Shown here: positions 15,416 through 20,000 of the stretch, piece by piece | Numbering within the stretch: position 1 is the first letter of the stretch | Layout: every line of letters begins with the position of its first letter | Origin: an uncultured virus (IMG/VR IMGVR_UViG_3300025418_001062) | Taxonomy: Duplodnaviria > Heunggongvirae > Uroviricota > Caudoviricetes | IMG/VR virus record: IMGVR_UViG_3300025418_001062 | Direction: 5' to 3' (one strand) | DNA: 20,000 nucleotides | The notes under the pieces: generated by a model | Database searches by the model: none | Told to the model about the DNA's origin: nothing | What the model saw: only the letters and a program-made list of their open reading frames with translations | Translations under genes and position numbers: made by a program

Positions 15416-15535
15416 CTCAAAAAGACAGATACCCCTTATCTTTTTTTGAGATACCCCAAAGCCTCGGGTGCGCGATTCGCGTGCGCACATACGCGAATCG
15501 TGTGCGCCCGTGCACGTACGCGAGGGGGGTACTGC

Positions 15536-15730
15536 TTATTTTTTGGGTAGCCAGACCCCCTCGCCCTCGCTGTCGCACTCCTCTTCGAAGCATGAGAACC
15601 ACACGGGGCAGTCCTCACCCTCTTCGGGAATGAACTCCCCTAGACCCATCTCCCCGCATTCCATGCACCGCACACGGTACTCGTCAAAGGTTGAGTTGTA
15701 GGTGATGGTGTAAGAGGTGAACTTTGCCAT
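15536..15730 (-). CDS. acidic Cys-containing small protein
   Basis: AAAGGAG RBS; CMEC...C...C...C. Confidence 0.8.
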   Translation of the reverse strand: MAKFTSYTITYNSTFDEYRVRCMECGEMGLGEFIPEEGEDCPVWFSCFEEECDSEGEGVWLPKK

Positions 15731-15770
15731 TGGTGGCTCCTTTTGTTTGGGGCGTTTCCCCGTTGGAACC

Positions 15771-15800
15771 AGTGTAGCACGTCAATCCGGCAATTGCCAA
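15771..15800 (-). promoter_or_regulatory. cassette promoter + leader hairpin
   Basis: TTGGCA-18-TACACT, TG extension; hairpin GGGG-AAACG-CCCC. Confidence 0.65.
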
Positions 15801-15924
15801 TCAAAAGGGCAGATACCGCCCATCTATTTTGTAGATACCTCGAGGTCTTCGCGTGAGCGGGCGGGCGGGCACGTACGCGAATCGCGTGCGCGGGTAGGCG
15901 CACACACGCGAGAGGGGCGATAGC

Positions 15925-15957
15925 AAAAATCGGGGGCAGTCCGAAGACTACCCCCGA
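15925..15957 (-). terminator. intrinsic terminator with cUUCGg loop
   Basis: TCGGGGGTAGTCTTCGGACTGCCCCCGA + T5 on - strand. Confidence 0.8.
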
Positions 15958-15969
15958 CCCTACTGTTTA

Positions 15970-16065
15970 TTAGTCTTCGTTGTATCCGCCAACGTCGTAG
16001 CGGTCAGCGAGACCGCTAATCCAAGAGGTCACACCGTAGTCTTCGTAGTTGTCAAAGTCTTCCAT
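15970..16065 (-). CDS. acidic micropeptide (31 aa)
   Basis: Not in ORF track; AAAGGAG RBS, own promoter and terminator; MEDFDNYEDYGVTSWISGLADRYDVGGYNED. Confidence 0.7.
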   Translation of the reverse strand: MEDFDNYEDYGVTSWISGLADRYDVGGYNED

Positions 16066-16104
16066 TTTGTTGCTCCTTTGTCGAGGCGTTTCCCCAACAC
16101 TTCC

Positions 16105-16133
16105 AAGATACCAGCCTTTTTGCACTTTGTCAA
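16105..16133 (-). promoter_or_regulatory. cassette promoter + leader hairpin
   Basis: TTGACA-17-TATCTT, TG extension; hairpin GGGG-AAACG-CCTC. Confidence 0.8.
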
Positions 16134-16300
16134 GTCAATTTGTCGTGCACGCGAGAATAATTTTTCCCCTTTGGTTTTGTAAAATCTCCTCATCGTGTGC
16201 GTTGCGTACGCGATTGCGCGGGTGCGCACGCGATTGTGCGGGTGTGCGCACACGGTCGCGTATGTGCGGGTGCGCGCGGGCACGCGAAGCGGTGTTGTGT

Positions 16301-16338
16301 AAAAAATCGGGGAGCCGAGCCGAAGCCCGACCCCCCGA
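16301..16338 (-). terminator. intrinsic terminator
   Basis: imperfect GC stem with CTTCGG loop + T6 on - strand. Confidence 0.7.
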
Positions 16339-16342
16339 CCCC

Positions 16343-16579
16343 CTACAGACTTGCGAAGCCCTGACGAACGTAGTTCATCTGCTTTGAGGTGGTGCGAGAG
16401 TACTTTTGCTCATTGACCCACTTTGCGCCGGTCTTAGGGCAGTATGAGGCCATCAGTGTCCAGTAGGAATACACGGCATACACGCCGTTTTCCCACGTCC
16501 CCCTAAGGTTTGACCCCTGGAACTCCTTGAGGTTTGCAATCGCCTTTGCGCTTGCGTTGTTTGCAATGTGCTTTGCCAT
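16343..16579 (-). CDS. small basic phage protein (78 aa)
   Basis: start reassigned to ATG 16579 (AAAGGAG RBS); VYSYWT...KYSRTTSKQ motif. Confidence 0.85.
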   Translation of the reverse strand: MAKHIANNASAKAIANLKEFQGSNLRGTWENGVYAVYSYWTLMASYCPKTGAKWVNEQKYSRTTSKQMNYVRQGFASL

Positions 16580-16617
16580 TTTGGCTCCTTTTGTTGAGGC
16601 GTTTCCCCGACCTAAAC

Positions 16618-16646
16618 AGTATGCCACAGGTCGGCGAGAATTGCAA
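16618..16646 (-). promoter_or_regulatory. cassette promoter + leader hairpin
   Basis: TTGCAA-17-CATACT, TG extension; hairpin GTCGGGG-AAACG-CCTCAAC. Confidence 0.75.
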
Positions 16647-16805
16647 ATCGTTTTGAGAGATAGACACTATCTCCCCAATAGATACCTAAAAACCTAGAGG
16701 TCTTCGCGTACGCGGGGGCGTGCGTGCGTACGCGATTGCGGGTATGCGCGTGTTCGCGTGCGCGTGTGTATGCGCATACGCGAATGGGTGGGGTTGGTCA
16801 GGGAG

Positions 16806-16819
16806 CGAACACCTGTTCG
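16806..16819. promoter_or_regulatory. LexA-box-like palindrome inside terminator hairpin
   Basis: CGAAC-ACCT-GTTCG within GGTCAGGGAG...CTCCCTGACC stem. Confidence 0.5.
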
Positions 16820-16836
16820 CTCCCTGACCTGTTCGG

Positions 16837-17001
16837 CTAGTAGCCGAGGAAGGTGGCGAGTTCTCCCCACGTCACGAAGCGGGGCGTTCCGTCCTCTTTC
16901 CACAGCGAGACGTGATGCACGCCGTAGCGGGCGAGAATGGCACGAGTGCGCTCAGGGGTAAGAACAGTCTCACGACTACTTGGGATAAGGTTGTTTGCCA
17001 T
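16837..17001 (-). CDS. small hypothetical protein (54 aa)
   Basis: start reassigned to ATG 17001 (AAAGGAG RBS). Confidence 0.8.
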   Translation of the reverse strand: MANNLIPSSRETVLTPERTRAILARYGVHHVSLWKEDGTPRFVTWGELATFLGY

Positions 17002-17039
17002 TTTGGCTCCTTTTGTTGGGGCTTTTCCCCGACCTAAAC

Positions 17040-17068
17040 AGTATGCCACACATCTAGGCGGATTGCAA
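17040..17068 (-). promoter_or_regulatory. cassette promoter + leader hairpin
   Basis: TTGCAA-17-CATACT, TG extension; hairpin GTCGGGG-AAAAG-CCCCAAC. Confidence 0.75.
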
Positions 17069-17160
17069 ATCATTTTAGCAGATAGGTATTATCTCCCCTA
17101 GAGATACCCAAAAATCTCCAAAGTCTTCGCGTGTGTGCATACGCGATTGCGCCCGCGTGC

Positions 17161-17244
17161 GTGTTCGCGTGCGTGCGTGTGCGCCCGCGTGTTCGCGTGC
17201 GTGCGTGTGCGCCCGCGTGTTCGCGTGCGTGCGTGTGCGCCCGC
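17161..17244 (+). repeat. perfect tandem repeat 3 x 28 bp
   Basis: gtgttcgcgtgcgtgcgtgtgcgcccgc x3. Confidence 0.9.
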
Positions 17245-17267
17245 GTACGCGAGGCAATGCTAGGGCG

Positions 17268-17299
17268 AAAATCGGGGGCAGTCCGAAGACCACCCCCGA
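17268..17299 (-). terminator. intrinsic terminator with cUUCGg loop
   Basis: near-identical to 15925-15957. Confidence 0.75.
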
Positions 17300-17309
17300 C
17301 CCCCCCCGA

Positions 17310-17540
17310 CTAAAAACGCTCGGTGAAGATTGCCCACCAAGTAAAGATTGAGTAGGGCAGTGAGGCCGCCAGTCCCACGAAGCACACAAGGCGAGACAGG
17401 AACGAAGCCGGCGGTGTCGAAACGAACAGGTAAGCAGTGAAGAAGCACATTACCACAAGGAACGAAAAGCCGATAAGGCAAAAGGCGTAGAGCAACTTAG
17501 ATACGATGCGCTTACGCTTACGGCGGGAGATGCGTGACAT
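17310..17540 (-). CDS. small 2-TM membrane protein with basic N-terminus
   Basis: MSRISRRKRKR + two hydrophobic segments; own promoter and terminator. Confidence 0.75.
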   Translation of the reverse strand: MSRISRRKRKRIVSKLLYAFCLIGFSFLVVMCFFTAYLFVSTPPASFLSRLVCFVGLAASLPYSIFTWWAIFTERF

Positions 17541-17580
17541 TGGAACTCTCTTTCTTGAGGGGCGTTTCCCCTACCTAAAT

Positions 17581-17609
17581 AGATTAGCACAAGGCAAGGA
17601 CAAAAGCAA
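17581..17609 (-). promoter_or_regulatory. cassette promoter + leader hairpin
   Basis: TTGCTT-17-TAATCT, TG extension; hairpin AGGGG-AAACG-CCCCT. Confidence 0.7.
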
Positions 17610-17747
17610 ATCACTTTCACAGATAGCCATTATCTTCCCCAGAGATACCCTAAAACTCCTCGCGTGCGCCCGTGTGCGTGCGGGCACGCGATTGCGCAGG
17701 TGTTCGCGTGCGCGGGCGTGCCTACATACGCGAAGCAATGTTATGCG

Positions 17748-17782
17748 AAAAAAAATCGGGGGGCCAAACTTCAGCCCCCCGA
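17748..17782 (-). terminator. intrinsic terminator
   Basis: TCGGGGGG...CCCCCCGA stem + T8 on - strand. Confidence 0.75.
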
Positions 17783-17790
17783 CCTTCTCC

Positions 17791-17949
17791 CTAGCCGATG
17801 ACAACCTGGACGCTCTCGGAAGCGCCGTTGGCCTTCAGTTCTTGCAACCAGGTCAGCCGACCGGCCTCGGCCTCGGCGGTGTTAGCAAAACCGGAACGGA
17901 TACCATAGCAAGTACCGTCAAGGACAAGGAACAAAGCAATGCGGGGCAT
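17791..17949 (-). CDS. small hypothetical protein (52 aa)
   Basis: Not in ORF track; MPRIALFLVLDGTCYGIRSGFANTAEAEAGRL...; own promoter and terminator. Confidence 0.7.
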   Translation of the reverse strand: MPRIALFLVLDGTCYGIRSGFANTAEAEAGRLTWLQELKANGASESVQVVIG

Positions 17950-17990
17950 TGGAACTCTCTTTCTTATCGGGGCGTTTCCCTGATGTATCT

Positions 17991-18019
17991 AGATTAGCAC
18001 AGGGCACTAGCAAAGTCAA
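17991..18019 (-). promoter_or_regulatory. cassette promoter + leader hairpin
   Basis: TTGACT-17-TAATCT, TG extension; hairpin ATCAGGG-AAACG-CCCCGAT. Confidence 0.75.
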
Positions 18020-18173
18020 ATCACTTTTACAGATAGTCCCAATCTTTTTTTTAGATACCCCAAAACCCTTCGCGTCTGCCCGTGCGCGCGTGCGTACGCG
18101 ATTGCGTAGGCGTGTGTGCGCTCGCTATCGCGTGCGCGTGTGTGCGTGCGCGTACGCGATGGGTCTCTATCAG

Positions 18174-18208
18174 AAAAATCGGGGGCTACCCCTAAGGGCA
18201 ACCCCCGA
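18174..18208 (-). terminator. intrinsic terminator
   Basis: TCGGGGG...CCCCCGA stem + T5 on - strand. Confidence 0.75.
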
Positions 18209-18217
18209 CTTTTCCGA

Positions 18218-18373
18218 CTAGGCGAAGACTACGCTGGCGCGTGGCTTGGTGCTGATGCCTGCGTACTGCTCGTTGAGTTCGCTTGCGCGCTCAAGAGCGG
18301 CCTCAAGGTCATCATAGATGCCGGCGGAGATAAAGCCGGCGGAGTTGCTAAAAACAACGGAGATGCGGAACAT
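18218..18373 (-). CDS. small hypothetical protein (51 aa)
   Basis: Not in ORF track; MFRISVVFSNSAGFISAGIYDDLEAALERASELNEQY... Confidence 0.7.
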   Translation of the reverse strand: MFRISVVFSNSAGFISAGIYDDLEAALERASELNEQYAGISTKPRASVVFA

Positions 18374-18412
18374 ACTGCCTACTTTCTATAAGGGCGTTTC
18401 CCTTATGTATCC

Positions 18413-18441
18413 ACTATACCAGCCCAACGGCAAAACGTGAC
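18413..18441 (-). promoter_or_regulatory. cassette promoter (extended -10, weak -35) + leader hairpin
   Basis: TGG-TATAGT; hairpin ATAAGGG-AAACG-CCCTTAT. Confidence 0.6.
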
Positions 18442-18601
18442 ACAAAAAAACAGATAGGTCACATCACTAAAAGAGATGGCACTTTCTCTGAAAATCCTCG
18501 CGTCTGCCCGTGTGCGTGCGCGTACGCGATAGGGTGCGCCCCCACACCCCCGCGCAATCGTGTGCGCCCGCGTGTGCGCGCCTACGCGAAGCAGTGGCGA
18601 G

Positions 18602-18638
18602 AAAAAAATCGGGGGCAACTCCTAAGAGCGACCCCCGA
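18602..18638 (-). terminator. intrinsic terminator
   Basis: TCGGGGG...CCCCCGA stem + T7 on - strand. Confidence 0.75.
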
Positions 18639-18642
18639 CCCT

Positions 18643-18780
18643 TTACAAAATCTCAACCACAACTCGGTCTTTCGGGTAGAACGTGCGCGCGCTCTCGAAG
18701 AAAAACTGAACTTCCTGCTTGTCCTGAAGCGGGAACGTCTTCTGTGCGCCATTCTCGCTAGTCACGATTGCTTGGAACAT
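18643..18780 (-). CDS. small hypothetical protein (45 aa)
   Basis: Not in ORF track; AAAGGGG RBS; MFQAIVTSENGAQKTFPLQDKQEVQFFFESARTFYPKDRVVVEIL. Confidence 0.7.
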   Translation of the reverse strand: MFQAIVTSENGAQKTFPLQDKQEVQFFFESARTFYPKDRVVVEIL

Positions 18781-18822
18781 TGGAACCCCTTTGATAACCG
18801 CCGGTCATTTACCGACCCTAAA

Positions 18823-18851
18823 AGTATCTCACACATTTCGGAAAAAGTCAA
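18823..18851 (-). promoter_or_regulatory. cassette promoter + leader hairpin
   Basis: TTGACT-17-GATACT, TG extension; hairpin GTCGGT-AAATG-ACCGGC. Confidence 0.7.
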
Positions 18852-19001
18852 GTCGTGCACGCGATAAATTTTCCCCAACGCTTTTTGGAAAATTGCCACT
18901 TCGCGTGCGTCACATACGCGATTTGTGCCCGCACCCGCGCAATCGCGTGCGCCCGCACACGCACACACACGCGAGGCAAAATCGGAGAAAAAATCAGGGA
19001 G

Positions 19002-19015
19002 CGAACACACGTTCG
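19002..19015. promoter_or_regulatory. LexA-box-like palindrome inside terminator hairpin
   Basis: CGAAC-ACAC-GTTCG; stem followed by T6 on - strand. Confidence 0.5.
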
Positions 19016-19031
19016 CCCCCCGACCTTTCTC

Positions 19032-19208
19032 CTACTTCACGGACATAATGCTCGGGTGCGTGAGGTAGTCAGCGAACTGGTCAATCTGGTAGAGCGCCTC
19101 GTTATCTACGGGGTCAAGGTTCCCGTTCGTGACGTAGTGCATACCTGCCCAGTGAAATGCGCCACGAACCAAAGCAAACTGCTCGGGGGTGAGGGTGAGG
19201 GTAATCAT
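19032..19208 (-). CDS. small hypothetical protein (58 aa)
   Basis: start reassigned to ATG 19208 (AAAGG RBS). Confidence 0.8.
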   Translation of the reverse strand: MITLTLTPEQFALVRGAFHWAGMHYVTNGNLDPVDNEALYQIDQFADYLTHPSIMSVK

Positions 19209-19246
19209 AACTGCCTTTCGTTTCGGGGCATTTCCCCGATACATCA

Positions 19247-19275
19247 AAGATACCACCCCCAGCCGGTAATTGCAA
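19247..19275 (-). promoter_or_regulatory. cassette promoter + leader hairpin
   Basis: TTGCAA-17-TATCTT, TG extension; hairpin TCGGGG-AAATG-CCCCGA. Confidence 0.75.
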
Positions 19276-19949
19276 ATCATTTTGAGAGATAGTTGCTATC
19301 ACTCCCAGAGATACCCCCAAATCCCCAAGCGGTTCGCGTGCCCGCGCACGCACGCGCGTACGCGAAGGATAAAATTTCCCACACTTGTTTTGAAAAACTC
19401 CTCTTGCATGCCCGCAAAGAACGCGATTCGCGTCATATATTGCGCACGCGAAAAAAAATGAACGCCCGCGCGTACGCGAAAAAAAAGATTGCCCGCACTC
19501 GCGCAAAAAAAACTCGCGTGCGATACGCGCCCCCGCACATACGCAAAAAAATCTTGCGCGTCACATACGCCCGCGTAATACGCCCCCGCACCTTGCGTGA
19601 AAATCCTCGCGTGCCACACGCGCACACGCGTTAGAACGCCCGCACACGCCCCTAAAACGCCCTCACGCGCCCGCGACACGCGCACGCGATAAATCGCCCC
19701 CGCACTCGCGTAAAACTCCTCACACGCCCGCACAGGGGTTTATTTTCCCCACATTGTTTCTAAAATCTCCTCGCGTCTGCACGCACGCGCACGCGAAAAA
19801 AACCCGCGCACGCGCGCAAAAAAAACGCGCGCCCGCACACGCCCGTAAATCGCGTAGGCGCACACGCACGCACGCACGCGATACGCACACACGCCCGCAC
19901 ACGCACGCACGTTCGCGTAGGCGCACGCCCGCGCACACGCGAAGGGACT

Positions 19950-19991
19950 TTTTCCACAAGTTTTCCACAGGTTTTCCACAAGTTTTCCACA
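19950..19991 (+). promoter_or_regulatory. four tandem DnaA-box matches at 11-bp period
   Basis: TTTTCCACA at 19950, 19961, 19972, 19983. Confidence 0.65.
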
Positions 19992-20000
19992 GGATAATTT

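Larger units (their letters stand above)
9209..19301. promoter_or_regulatory. repeated palindromic operator AGATA-N5-TATCT (15 copies, some with 1-2 mismatches)
   Basis: starts at 9209, 10469, 11203, 12402, 13066, 13788, 14988, 15427, 15811, 16658, 17080, 17621, 18031, 18452, 19287, always just upstream of a -35; usually a third half-site 7 bp away. Confidence 0.75.
6856..19942. repeat. family of ~23 interspersed CGCG / alternating purine-pyrimidine blocks (plus one at 4383-4439)
   Basis: one block per intergenic spacer, usually opening with TCGCGT, closing with ACGCGA and often containing palindrome ACGCGA-T-TCGCGT; continuous over ~19334-19942. Confidence 0.9.

Noticed and set aside
4573..19300. 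Classical integron with attC sites
   Set aside because: No integrase in the window, no consistent RYYYAAC/GTTRRRY cores bounding the spacers, and cassettes carry their own promoters and terminators.
6856..19942. CRISPR array
   Set aside because: Repeats are degenerate and variable in length, separated by whole genes rather than 25-45 bp spacers; no cas gene in the window.
19114..19990. Arg/Ala/Cys/Val-rich ORFs in the ORF track (also 17075-17389, 18016-18201, 16029-16283, 8012-8337 and similar)
   Set aside because: They are translations of stop-poor CGCG/GTGC repeats, occur in several frames on both strands and lack RBSs.

Overview
Most likely a tailed-phage genome segment; the host is probably Gram-positive/actinobacterial, inferred from CGAAC-N4-GTTCG boxes and sigma70/SigA-type promoters. 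Bases 1-4062 hold about 18 tightly coupled + strand ORFs, including a winged-HTH protein, small Zn-ribbon and membrane proteins, and a GroES-like co-chaperonin. Bases 4063-4572 are a non-coding convergence zone with overlapping bidirectional promoters and repeats. Bases ~4573-19300 are a - strand array of about 26 separately promoted, mostly monocistronic cassettes carrying small unrelated ORFs, two of them recognisable anti-restriction genes (ardC, ardA-like). In transcription direction a typical cassette reads: CGCG/alternating purine-pyrimidine block, AGATA-N5-TATCT operator (15 cassettes), near-consensus extended -10 promoter, 5' leader hairpin with a variable stem but nearly invariant AAANG loop, RBS, ORF, terminator hairpin. 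Six spacers also carry an ORF-less divergent promoter, five terminators contain a LexA-box-like palindrome, and DnaA boxes occur at 12571-12590 and 19950-19991. The best reading is an early/first-entering anti-defence and host-takeover cassette array with an unusually elaborate repeated regulatory grammar. Many long ORFs in the supplied track are artefacts of the CGCG repeats, and several real-looking ORFs under 60 aa are missing from it.
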